DNA of 64,000 nucleotides from Octopus vulgaris. Lineage: Eukaryota. Location: the NCBI GenBank assembly GCA_951406725.2, contig OX597814.1, positions 30,938,001-31,002,000 on the forward strand, written 5' to 3'. The notes below the pieces were generated by a model. That model was not told where the DNA came from. It ran no database searches and saw only the letters and a list, made by a program, of their open reading frames with translations. Position numbers and translations under genes: made by a program. This document shows, piece by piece, positions 1-12,999 of the stretch. How positions within the stretch are numbered: the first letter of the stretch is position 1; each line of letters starts with the position of its first letter.

Positions 1-530
1 GCATGATAGTAGTAGGATGTTAAATGGTCAATTGACCTGAAAGTGGTACGTTGTAGATAATAGTTATGATTGGGACTGTTTTTAATGAATTCTTGGGTAT
101 CTCTTGAATGTAACACTTTTAATATTTGCGTGTGTGTTATTCTAAGACCGAAGTGGATATGTCGTTTGTTGTAGATACGTTGAAAAGGGGTCTGCATTTT
201 GTAATAAAAGAGTCTCTTTACTAATTCGTTGCCTGCAGGTTGTATCGTCCCTGAATTGCTAGAGGGGAAAAATTCTGAAGCTTGGACTTTTGCTATTGGC
301 GCAAATGTCAATGTGTTTGCTGAATGCTATTTTTCTGTTTTGGGGAATTTTTATCTGGGATCTGTGCAGAACCACCCTTTGACGTAGATTATTTTTTGTT
401 TGGCCTATGTGTTGCTCCTGAAACCCAGAGCAGGTTAGTTCGTATATCAAGTTCACCGAAGTACATGCGATGCTGCTTTTCACTGTGAAAAGTTGTCTCT
501 GTTTGAAAGAGAACTCTGATCCCTCGATTA
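1..530 (-). mobile_element. Penelope-like element fragment: GIY-YIG endonuclease C-terminal half plus 3' region
   Basis: ORF 259..567(-) reads FTVKSSIACTSVNLIYELTCSGFQEQHIGQTKNNLRQRVVLHRSQI...HIDIC, a PLE GIY-YIG pattern. It closely matches the + strand copy at ~45490-45960 and is truncated at a (CA)n tract. Confidence 0.85.
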
Positions 531-537
531 TACACAC

Positions 538-579
<42 letters not shown>

Positions 580-1767
580 TTATATATATATAATCATGCA
601 ACCACTGCTTTTTTCATACTTTCAAATTATATCACAAATCTGAATGCAACCTAAATAACCACACAGCACATATTCCGAACACCCCTTAGGTAATCTCCAA
701 CAATCCTATTCGACTTTCCATTTTCTCCCTTTTAATTTTTTAATTCTCCAATCTTGTTTTAATTGTTTAATATTACATATATGAACATACATATGTGTAC
801 GTATGCGGATGTATGTAAATATATGTGTGTGTGTGTGTGTGCGTGTGTATGTATGAGCGTACGTGTGCATGTGTATGTGTATATGTACGCACGTATGCGT
901 GTATGCATATATGTATATATACATGCGTACAGATTTAAGTACACATGTACTCAGGCCTATATAATAGTGCATATACACACACATATATGTACGTGTGTCT
1001 GCGTGTGCATATACCAATATCCTCTTCCTTCTTTCTTTCTCTCTAATTCCTCAAGCGACACTATCATATTAACCAGTACAATAAACACATGTGTCTATTT
1101 ATAGAAACTTGACCATTATATATTTGTATGGTTCCCTTCCTTTTTGAGGTTTACTACTCACTTTAGTAACCCTCTATAACTTTTTTCTGTACCCATCCCT
1201 TAGTGCCATTTTAACGTATCACCCCACCTCACACTCCTCATACATATTCATTCCTTATATTCTTATCTCTTTCTACCATTCCCCTACTCACCTCCTCTCT
1301 TCCTCATAATATCTTGACCACCAACTAACACTCCTTTTTTCACTTTTTTCATTTTTTCGCATTTTCTCTTGCTTTCTTTTTCTCTTCCTCTTTCTTTCCT
1401 TCTTTCCTCACATTTTCCTTTTGAATTTCTCCTCATTTTAACATTCTTCCCTCTCTATCCACTTAATACTACCGCTATATTCGCAAATTTTCATTCTCAC
1501 CACAAGATCCCTGAACAGCACATGGAATCTACATCACCACAAAACATGAACTCCTATTGGAATTTACATACTATGGGCATGAAGCATTTCTACCACTTCT
1601 ACACATCACTTTCCTTGGATAGAGGAACTGCAACTCTAATATCTTTATATATCTTTATTTCTACTTTCATTCTCCCATTTCTCTCTAGACTCCTTATTTC
1701 CATCCTTTTCCAAAAGAACTCCTTATATTGAACTCTACGTTTCCCCTCTATTTAACCATCTCACATC

Positions 1768-1816
1768 GTCTCTGACTAAAAGGATATCCCTAATATTCCA
1801 GAAACAGCTGTAAGAC
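1768..1816 (+). ncRNA. Degenerate type I hammerhead ribozyme at the end of a TC-rich PLE-like 3' segment (~600-1880)
   Basis: gtct-CTGACTA-(stem II)-GAAAC-agct-G-TA-agac. Stem I is gtct/agac, helix III is palindromic, and there is one core substitution. Confidence 0.5.
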
Positions 1817-2279
1817 TAACTTTCTATTTATAAATGTCCTGAAAATTCCACACAGCCTTGGCTTTGTTGTCTCATTTTATTTAACACACACATATATATC
1901 TTCTGAGATATACAGACGTATTTACACATATATAGATCCACACGGGCACACATAAACACACACACAACACCTCCATATATATATATATGCATACGTAGAT
2001 CATTATAAATATGTAGCAGATAAGATGGTTATAATGTCATAATGAATCAAAGTGGAGAGTAAGGTGAAGGTTGTGAGATAAGTGGGATGAGGGGAATTTA
2101 TGTGAGAGTGTGTGACATATGAGTTACTCATGGTGAGTCGTGCTTGATGTCATAGATGGTGAGATGATGACTTGTAATGTTCTGTGTGTTAACTAAGAGT
2201 ATTCGTGTTTGAAAATTTGGTTTCATTCTACATATACAGACAAGCACGCACACAGAACCTCCTCCACACTAAAACACAT

Positions 2280-2650
2280 GGAAGCACTCCGTGGGTTACG
2301 ACGATGAGGGTTGCGGTTGATTCGAATCAACGGAACAGCCTGCTCGTGAAATTAACGTGTAAGTGGCTGAGCACTCCACAGACACGTGCACCCTTAACGT
2401 AGTTCTCGGGACACAGAGTGTGACAAGGCTGGCCCCTTTGAAATACAGGTACAACAGAAACAGGAAGTAAGAGTGAGAGAAAGTTATGGTGAAAGAGTAC
2501 AGCAGGGATCACCACCACCCCCTGCCGGAGCCTCGTGGAGCTTTTAGGTATTTTCGCTCAATAAACACTCACAACGCCCGGTCTGGGAATCGAAACCGCG
2601 ATCCTATGAGCGCGAGTCCGCTGCCCTAACCACTGGGCCATTGCGCCTCC
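2280..2650 (-). mobile_element. tRNA-derived SINE, family A (full length)
   Basis: Pol III A/B-box-like head (tggcccagtggtt / gtttcgattccc). Matches copies at 10970, 21495, 27946 and 53270. TSD acactaaaacacat at 2266-2279 and 2651-2664. Confidence 0.9.
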
Positions 2651-2732
2651 ACACTAAAACACATACATGCATATACGCACACATGCGAATACACACGACT
2701 ATAAACGTACATGCGTATATATATACACACAA

Positions 2733-2789
<57 letters not shown>

Positions 2790-5052
2790 TGTATGAGTGT
2801 GAACGAAGATGAATCATTCCTAGACGTAGGTGAATACATGTATTTGAGTCTATGTGTAGATATTAAATATTAAATATTTTGTGTGTAAGCATTTTGCGAA
2901 TACTTTTAACAGTGTGTGAACTAATGAATTATTTCAAAAAGATTCTTAAACATCTTTTATTTAAAAGTGCTTTCCTAAAATCGAAAATGTTGAGAAGCTT
3001 TAGAAGATAAAATATTCGTATATTTATGGGGCTTCCAATGAGTATTTCTTTTCTCATAGCAATATTTCTTATGGTCTAACAATATTTTACTTCATATTTT
3101 ATATTTTCTGGTAAATGTATTTTCTGGTAAATGTATTTTAGTTATCTACACAAATATAGAATTCTCTATCAGTTTCTATGAACAATCCGATTGCTGATTA
3201 TCCCCTGAATGACAAATCGAATTATACCCACCCGAAGAAAAATGATGCTAATATAGAAAATATAATTAATATTACAGAAGAAATGTGAAAAAGTGTAAAA
3301 AGAAATAGAATAAAATTGAAGACAATCGTGTGGTGATGGCCAATATGAGATCACTCTGTCACCGGAAGCTACTATCAAGATTGATGCTACAGCAGCAATA
3401 AGACGATCTTCTGTTGATGCCAGCCTATTTTATATAGTCTTTGGTCTTACTTTTGTTCAATGCCAAATCAATTAAAGTTCTGTTATTACCGGCAGCTATA
3501 ATATACGTGAGATAATACTTCCGCTGGAATAGTGAGAAGTGGAACGGGGTAGTGAAATTAGAAAGTGGATAGAAGGGAAGAGTAGGAGAAGAACGAAAGG
3601 AATATTAATAATTAAATAGGATACTTTTAGAGAAAAAATTATCTTCCAAATAAATAGCTTCTTACGCTACCAGTGTATTCTAGCTCCATTCTTCACTTTC
3701 CAAGAATCTCTCTTTTCTATACTATCGCTTAAGTTCCGTATATTTATTGAAATATTCAATAAATAATGAACACACACGGATGTAGATATTTCTACACATG
3801 CACACACACAAGCACACACACACACACACATACACACAAACACACACACACACATATATATACACGCTCTGTATTATTATATTAATGTATTGCTTTAAAA
3901 TAACATTTACAAGTGTTAGAATAGCTTTATCTACTGTTTGAAAAAATGTCGTGAATTATGCAGTAAATACTTCTGCTATTCGAATATAATTGATTATTTG
4001 AATTTGACTTATACGCCTTAGATTACTTACAAAATTTCCAAATAGAGGAAGTGGTGCTGGTGACCAGGAATATTTAATCTTTGTCCTTACATAAAGAAAA
4101 ATTTTACCTTCAATTTTCACGTTTGATAGTTTTATTTAAGATGGGTAGTAGGGCTATTCTCATAATGGATTCGGCCAATAGCCGGATTCGTGCCACTCTT
4201 TGCCGGCTTTTCATGTACTTTAAGACCTTTAAATTAACTATAATTTTATCTTGTAAAGAGATATAAGAGAAATAAACAGAATTATATACCTGATGATTTG
4301 AAGAAGTTAAGGTTAGAAGCAACTGATCTTACGAATTAACTAATTAAACCGATCTTTTAGACAATATATTTCCTGAGATGTATTGCAGAAAATTTCAGAC
4401 TGGATTTTAAAATTTCAAGTGAATATTAGTTACAGGAAAATTATAAATCTATAATATTCATTCCTTTTATAAGCACCGGTACTGAAATAAACGTTTACGT
4501 GACGTTCATGTATTAAAAACTATTAGTAATATACTACTTGCGAATTTAAATAACGACAAACCTCAAAGTCAAGAACTGGTCATAGAATAAAATGTGAAGA
4601 TTAACTCCATTACATAACACAGGCTAAATTACAAACCTATAATTGCATTAGGCTAGACATAAAGGTTTGATTAATTGTGCAATTAAGATTTTGTAAGCAT
4701 TAACGCCTCCCACAAAATACATTAGATATAAAGGAACTATGGCGTCATTACGTTGGCACAGGTTTATAGGGAAGAGATATAAACGATTGAATCGACCCAA
4801 TATGTGACAGGTGCTTTTATTATCGGTTCTTAGTGAAACAACAGGCAAAGTATTTCCCGGGGAAAATTAGATAATCGAAAAATATTACAAATCATTCGTG
4901 ATGCCGTTTAATTGTATTTCGCCAAATATTTCCTTGACTATGACTCACATTTTAGTAATTTATCGTTTTCACTTGATATTAACAAAGATTTGTCTTGATA
5001 TATGCTTCCATATTTTTAAAATACACTTTCCATTAGAATTAGAATTGCTTAC

Positions 5053-5198
5053 CAAATGCTACGACCAATAATCTATTAATCTTATTGCCCATAAGCTTCT
5101 TGTTAAATTGGCGACCAACGATAACGAATGCAAATGAAATCCATTTACAGGGTCACTGGCATGACGGAAACTTGGCGAATTCTTTGAATATGTAACTT
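5053..5198 (-). other. Candidate host exon, possibly with a start codon (MGNKINRLLVVAF-, phase 1)
   Basis: On the minus strand: acceptor ctcacacctccttgcag|, donor G|gtaagc, ATG at 5092-5090 in unique sequence. No homology recognised, and upstream ATGs are present. Confidence 0.25.
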
Positions 5199-5851
5199 CT
5201 GCAAGGAGGTGTGAGAATAAGTGAATTTTGTCAGGTATTAGGTCTACATACATATCCTTCGTATCTGTAAATCTACTTGAAATACCTTCGACGTTCATGA
5301 AAAATCTTCAAGTTTCCAATGCACTTTATTGCTTAGACGGTGGCAAAGTCACTGACCCCTTTCAGCATTGAACTCCTTTTTAAGACTCAGAACTTTTGAT
5401 ATTTGACTATTAATGAAGGTTTACATCCATTTAAACCATATAAGCAGATAATAATGCTTGGTGGACAATATTGATTAATTTTTATCAACACAAGAATGTT
5501 ATTTTATCGATACTAAAATATCTGTCCCGATATATTAAATCCTCAAACGAAATGTTCTGTGACGACATGACATTATTTCATCTTCTATCTGGAATTTAAC
5601 GTTAAAATCTCGAGATCTATATATCCATAACAATGTTTGCTAATGTTTGTATGTAGTGACATTATTTTGATTTATTCCAGAACGATTTAGAAATAAAATA
5701 CTAAAGCAATAACTGATTTTAGTTAAAGTATATATATAAAGCATCAAGTCAATAGTTCATAGACTGGAATTATAGTTATTTCTTAAGGCTGTATTTGGGG
5801 GAAGACGTCAAACACACATGACTACTAGCACGAAAATATGTTTGTGGGTCT

Positions 5852-5936
<85 letters not shown>

Positions 5937-6563
5937 TATGATCATATTCCTTCTCACTACTGCCGTTGTTATATTCATCCCCACCTCAATTATCATCTTC
6001 ATCATCATCATCATCATCATTACCGTCACCATCATCATGATCATGGTCGTCTTTAGCACACCAATGCCAGCACTTCTATTGTCTCCCATTGCTGTTTGTA
6101 TGTCTGATTACTTACCTCTCTATATAAGCCCTTGAACACTACCCTTCTCTAAAGTGGCTCATCGGTCGAAACAACGTTTATGGTTGGACTAATTATATCT
6201 TAAAAAAAAAGATAGAAACAATACATATAAACGTTTATGCCCCCTGAATTAGATTGAGCTCGCAAGTTGTTTATAAAACCTGGAAATCATATACATACGA
6301 TGCAATTATATGTTGATTAGATTTCATTTACGACGATTTATTAGGTAGTTAAGAGATATAGATTTATTGGTAAAAGTTTTTTTTTTTTTCCCGTAGAAGG
6401 TATTTTATATGTCACGTACAGATCTGCTTATGTAAGTGAGTAGTTAGATCTTATCCGAGTCAGATTTAGTTGGTGAATTTGTTGAATTTTCTATCTAAAA
6501 CAATACGGGTAAATATGATTCATGCACCAACGTATCATGCCATGCCTAATATTCTTTACTTAT

Positions 6564-6760
6564 TTAAGTCACCAGACTGCGGCCATGCTATGACGCCAGC
6601 TTTAAGAATTTTAGTCGAAACGAATCGACCCGAGTACTTATTTTTTAACATTATTCTATCGGTGTCTATTGCTGAACCACTAAGTTACAGGGATGTAAAC
6701 TCACCAATATTGGTTTTCAAGCGATGGTGGGGGACAAACGGACACAAAGACTCACACACA
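6564..6760 (-). mobile_element. SINE family B, 3' tail fragment
   Basis: gactgcggccatgct...gtactta...gctgaaccactaagttacagggatgtaaac matches the tail of 23583-23995. Confidence 0.7.
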
Positions 6761-6761
6761 G

Positions 6762-6807
<46 letters not shown>

Positions 6808-6899
6808 TGGGGGAGGGGAGAGTCATTTTCTTTTTGTGCCTTATAATTTGCAAAGCAAATCCAAAAACGAAATATATATATATATATATATATATATAA

Positions 6900-6979
6900 C
6901 AATTGCAGCGTGGAAGGTGTTTATAAGCCATATTTGTGTATTTTTAAATGGCTTATGAACACCTTCCACGCTGCAATTG
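6900..6979. repeat. Inverted repeat (32-bp arms, 16-nt loop)
   Basis: caattgcagcgtggaaggtgtttataagccat / atggcttatgaacaccttccacgctgcaattg, with one mismatch. Confidence 0.9.
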
Positions 6980-7433
6980 CTTTTGTTTCAGTACATGATC
7001 TCAGATCAATCACTTGCTCTGCAAGTAGATCTCCGTAGTATATAACATTGATCAGAGAACAATCATCAAACTCGTGTCAACGACTTTATACATAACACCA
7101 CGCCTCCAAATATTTTATCATATTTAAATATTACCATGGCCTTTCAACATATATGTTGACTCGAATTTAATGTTCTTTGATCAATGTTTTTTTTTTATAT
7201 CTGTCTTAATTACATTTGAGCACTTCTTTTTTGCAGTCTTATAAACAGTTTTTTCTCCATGAAAACAGGCAAAATTATCTCTTGTCGTATATATATATAT
7301 ATATAAGAGAAATAAGTGGGATTCAGTTGAATTAGGTACTTAAGTTGAAGCACCAAGTAAGTCCGGTATTATCCGTACAGCTTGAAGTAAAGTGAATAAA
7401 ATCAAAATAAGCAACAGGATATGAAGTGGTGAT

Positions 7434-7517
7434 GCAGTACGAACGTTTTAAGCTGCTCCATTTAATTCAACAATGCAATCATTGCATCAATTTAAATGTA
7501 GTGCCATCTTCAGCTGC
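7434..7517 (-). ncRNA. Degenerate hammerhead ribozyme with a long helix II
   Basis: Minus strand: gcag-CTGAAGA-...catttaaattgatgcaatgattgcattgttgaattaaatg...-AAAAC-gttc-G-TA-ctgc. The G of GAAA is mutated. Confidence 0.5.
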
Positions 7518-9112
7518 TCAAATAAATAAATAGAGTTTTAACAAGGAGGACACATTAATATAATTTTTCTCAAATATTTTAACAGAGCAAGAAGATGGAA
7601 GAAATCCATGTTGTCACTATTGAAGCTAAGAGTGGACTATACTTCCAAGAATTGCATGGAGTCTGGTGGGGGTCATAGTGCTGTAAGGGATTGTAATTCA
7701 TTTATCTCTTTATCAACTGCTAAATGTAAGACTAGCAGACTGTTTTATTTTGAAGAAAGGACAAAAGTGAGTTGACAGCTCATGGGTAGGTATGGTCATA
7801 AATATTAACATATGTATCCCTTTCCCTCAGGAAAGAAATAAGACTTTAGGAGTAGTCAGTTGGATATAAGTAACTGTCAATATAAAGAGGCAGGGTAGGG
7901 GTAGACTTTAAATCATGATGGTAATTACCAGTTAAAGGGGCAAAACACAAAGAAACCTAAGATGTTAATACAGAGAAAATTTTTATTTAGGGGCACTATG
8001 GATGGTTGTTTTGTAAACAATATTGTTATGTTGTATGAAAATAAAATTTAAGAATTTCAGAAATGGTTATATAACCAAAATTGGTAAAAAGTGTGTATAT
8101 ATGAATTATAAACATTAAAAAGAAAATATTACATAGAATCAGTTTAGTATTCATTCGTGTACTTAATTAATTACTTATTAAGTGGTTTCTATAAAGACTG
8201 CTCGGGGCATTTACTTATTGTACATGCTATCAATTTTAAGCCATGAATCAGTAAAAAGTGAAGATGCATACAGATACACACATCTATATATGTGAATATA
8301 GGAATATATACACATACACAAATATGTATACGTTTATATGCATATAGTATAACCCTCTCACATAGACTTAAGTAACTGAAAAATATCTTTTATAAGAACA
8401 AGGAAAATTTATAAGGGATAAGAGGTCAATAAGGATATCAAAATAAAAAATAAAATAAAAATACATATAACTTGCATATAAAGAGACGGGATTAAAATTA
8501 GAAGAAGGGAAGAGATAAAGGTAACCCGAAAAGAGGGGTTAATAGGTGTAGTGAGTAGTGAAGTAGTAAGGGCAATTAAAGGTATTCAGACTGAAGAGAT
8601 TTTATAAGTTGTAAATGTTACAGGTGCTATTGTATGTATAATTTTATAGTTTCTTGGGGATATATAATTTAGTCGAAAGGTGACTTACTTGCATAGAATC
8701 ACTACAAATATACATAATATGATCAGTAGGGTAGAACATAATATAAAGGAAAATAGTGTAATCACCAAAATAGGATGAAGTCAGACTAACTAAGTAGGCA
8801 GAGGGTTATCATGGGATAATATCATATATAGCAGACCACATACCATAACACAAAGCTTATAACATATGCAATGCAATTTAATTCGCCATATAACATAATA
8901 TCCCATGATTTTATTATATTTAATACTAGAGGGTAAATTTACAACGGATGCGTCACCAAAATTAATTTCCACCATCAAGGTTCAAGTATGGAAACTATAA
9001 TCGTTAGTTTCGAAAACTATCTATATACATCCATCCATCCATATATATATATATATATAAATAAATGAAAGAATGGAGTTGAACGACGAATTAACAAAAT
9101 TCCTTTATTTTA

Positions 9113-9195
9113 TTTTCGACATATGTTTCGAAGGCTGCATATTCCTAATTTCGAAGGAATAAGGAGTATATTATGCCGCTTTCTCATCAGGAAAA
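9113..9195 (-). ncRNA. Type I hammerhead ribozyme (intact core)
   Basis: Minus strand: ttttc-CTGATGA-gaaagcggcata...tatgcagccttc-GAAAC-atat-G-TC-gaaaa. 5-bp stem I, palindromic helix III, GUC triplet. Confidence 0.85.
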
Positions 9196-9420
9196 GCAAG
9201 GAACTTATGTCAGCATCAAGATGCACAAAAACTTTTAGATGACTGCCCACACGGAGCCCATCGCTATGTTTTTAAAAAAAACACACAAATTTCCACACGA
9301 TAGCACGTGATCTCTGCCCTAATCAAGTAGCTTCAACCGTGTCTTTCTGACGTGAATTTGCTACCCAGGTATCGGTTAACCGAATTATCCATAATAAGAT
9401 AATTCATTCAACTACTCAAT

Positions 9421-9465
<45 letters not shown>

Positions 9466-10843
9466 CACCTGGATTACTTGAGATAATACTGATTACAAGT
9501 ACAATGATGAACATGTCAGAGGCTCGCTCAAAATTGAAGTTAAATACATCCCTGAAAAAACAGTAACACCGAACATTAAAAGACACGCAAAAAGGAGAGT
9601 AATCTGGTTCAGCACATCATTTAGTGTACACAAAGATTTACTAGCAGACCAACAAGCAATAACTTTATACATACATTATTTGTTAAGCAAAGTGTAACTG
9701 CACAAACATAAACGTACGCTCTTTTGGCATAGAGTACTTGACCAAAGAATAAATTTATTCTGATACCATCCATTCCTACTCTTCTAACCCAGCAGTCAAA
9801 ACAGTTAAGTGTTATTATTATAAATATACACGTTCGTTTCGCAAACCTAGCAGAAGAAATTTCTCCTTTTTATGACACTTTTCTAAAAGAAAATAATAAG
9901 GCCAATATAATCACGCAGAATATACTCTGTATGTGTGTAAGTCTGTCTGTGTGTATGCACATGCGTGTATGTGTATGTGTGTGCAGTTTTCTATGTGTAT
10001 GCTGTATGTACTTAACTATGTATACGTTTAAGCAAATGCATGGCCTAGTACAGGTAAAATACAATATAAACTACATTCATGCATACACATATATACATAT
10101 ACTCACATACGAATACACACATTATATACATGTATTTTAAAATATTTTCAATATATATTTTGCGTTACAACTCACTACGTAGGGATAATTGAAATTTTCC
10201 TCTTCTTTTTTCTTACTATATATATATATATATATATATATAGCAACGAGTGCATATATAAAATTGTATCTTTGTATAAATGCATTTATATCTGGTTGTA
10301 TTAATGGGCGGCATTTGTATAATTGGCAGAATCATTAATTGGTTGATTAAAAAAATATAGCAATATTTTTACGGATTGTTACGTTGTCAGTTCAAGTCTC
10401 ACCGTGGTCAACTTTTCTTTTCAAGCTTTAGGTGTCTACAAAATATGCTATTAGTCAAACACTGACATCGATGTAATGCACGTAACCCCGACGCTCAAAA
10501 TTGCACAACTTGTACCAAAATTAGAATATTGCATTATCATTACCTTTATCTTATTAAGCATTTCCCGCTTTTATTAGGATGTGTTAAAAAGGATTTAATA
10601 CACTAGTTACTACTGTTGCCAGCATACCATTTTTATAGCAACTGTTAATATTAGTAATTATAATGATATTAGTTTTTTATTGTCGCTGATACTAGTATGA
10701 ATCCTCATATAATTTGTATGAACTTGTTTTCTCCATTTCTTCTGTGTTCATGGACTGATGGATTCTTTTGCTTGGAGTCATTACTTCTGATTCAGCTAGA
10801 CTGTACTATGCAATAGGTGTCCCCCATGAAAGAAGACAGGAAG

Positions 10844-10900
<57 letters not shown>

Positions 10901-10969
10901 ACACAACCGTGTAATTATAACTAAAATACAATGCAAAACAAAACGAGTGAACTGAACTACAATGAATAA

Positions 10970-11345
10970 GGAAGCACTCCGTCGGTTACGACGATGAGGG
11001 TTCCGGTTGATCCGAATCAACGGAACAGCCTGCTCGTGAAATTAATGTGTAAGTGGCTGAGCACTCCACAGACACGTGCACCCTTAACGTAGTTCTCGGG
11101 GATATTGAGCGTGACACAGAGAGTGACAAGGCCGGCCCTTTGAAACACAGGTACAACAGAAACAGGAAGTAAGAGTGAGAGAAAGTTTGTGGTGAAAGAG
11201 TACAGCAGGGATCACCACCATCCCCTGCCGGAGCCTCGTGAAGCTTTTAGGTGTTTTCGCTCAATAAACACTCACAACGCCCGGTCTGGGAATCGAAACC
11301 GCGATCCTATGACCGCGAGTCCGCTGCCCTAACCTCTGGGCCATT
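10970..11345 (-). mobile_element. SINE family A
   Basis: Matches the other A copies. TSD ctacaatgaata at 10957-10968 and 11346-11357. Confidence 0.9.
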
Positions 11346-11754
11346 CTACAATGAATACCAGGTGTGACAAATAAAATGACTAACCTACGTAGATGGGAGG
11401 CGATGTATTTAAATGTATGAGGCCTATACATATACACTAACCAACAGCCTTGTCTCAATCCAATTACAATGGGACTTAGTCACTGAATATCTTACTAAAA
11501 GTACGAAATAAAATTTTAACATGAATCAATAAATGATAAAGAGAACTTTAAAGTTTTTGTGTGCTTATGAGCGCTTAATATGCATTTTATACACTGTAAT
11601 TGCTTTAGATTTGAAATATAATCTCAGATCAAATCTCTTGTCAACGTATAGAATTTCGAACTCTATCTATTTACATCGTACGTACAAATATATTTAGATC
11701 TGTACACACACACATATATACATACGCATATATATACATTTATATTCATATATT

Positions 11755-11803
<49 letters not shown>

Positions 11804-12276
11804 TCACATATACATTGATATACACATATACATGCATACATATATATATATAAATATATATATATACTCACATATGCATACGTACATACACATACACTCC
11901 CACACATTATATATATAGATACACATACACAAACGTCGGACACGACACACGTATATGTCTTTATGTATGCGTGTATATTAAATATCTTTAATTTTGTTTC
12001 TATTTTTGACTTCTCTCATGCAATTTCAACAAAACTTTATAAAATAGAGGAAATTATAACTCAGCCGAAATTAAGATCACGCATAGCAGACATATTTATA
12101 TTGATATGGCAGCCGTGTGCGGATGCGTGGTCTAGTGGTTAAGGATCTTACAATCACGATCGCGAGATCGGGATTCCTGGACATGGTGGTGCGTTGCGTT
12201 CTTGAGCAAAACGATTAATTTATTTTTACTCTGCGATCACTTTGACATCTGACGTGTGGTATATCCTGCACTTAGT

Positions 12277-12600
12277 GAGGGCGCGTGGCTTAGTGGTTAG
12301 GGAATTCGGCTCATGATCGTAAGGTTGTGAGTTCGATTCCCGGCGACGCGTTGTGTCCTTGAGCAAGACACTTTATTTCACGTTGCTCCAGTCCACTCAG
12401 CTGGCAAAAATGAGTTGTACTTGTATTTCAAAGGGTCAGCCTTGTCACTCTCTGTGTCACGCTGATTATCCCCGAGAACTACGTTAAGGGTACACGTGTC
12501 TGTGGAATGCTCAGCCATTTGCACGTTAATTTCACGAGCAAGCTGTTCCGTTGATCGTATCAGCTGGGACCCTCGTCGTCGTAACCGGCGGAGTCTTTAA
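12277..12600 (+). mobile_element. SINE family D (different tRNA head, tgtgtccttgagcaagacact core, family-A 3' half), nested in an older SINE (~12110-12750)
   Basis: tRNA-like head gcgcgtggcttagtggttaggg...gagttcgattccc. TSD atatcctgcactt at 12261-12273 and 12601-12613. Confidence 0.85.
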
Positions 12601-12999
12601 ATATCCTGCACTTGCACAGGAAAAGTTGCTTAGACTTAGGGAGTTAGCGTATGTACAGTACAATTAGTTGATCAATATAAATCAAATCTGCTGAATAGGC
12701 TCGTCATCAAGTTATTGCTGAACGTCTTCCTCTGATCGGGAGAGTACTGTTATTATGGTTGTTTTATGCTAGGCTTAATGTTTCTTCGAACAACTTTTTC
12801 TGCGCAACCCGTATACATAGCTATTCTGGTGTAGAGATGCGCGACCTTCAGATACCCTCAATATATAGTTTTTTTAATGCATTCTAATCGGTTTCATTAT
12901 ATTAGTATTTTGAGCCAGATACAAATCCTGTTTGACTTGAAATAAAATGATCAGATGTATCTGACTAGTGCACTAAATGTAATGTATTAATTATTTATA

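Noticed and set aside
2327-2518. Recurrent ORF MVVIPAVLFHHNFLSLLLP (also 21542, 28077, 53400) and the MSSNARG / MRNWYLIYRP ORFs
   Set aside because: Incidental reading frames within SINE consensus sequences.
5818-6135. Hydrophobic, membrane-protein-like ORF (also 45987-46184)
   Set aside because: Derived from (CT)n, (TA)n, (ATC)n and (CTT)n repeats.
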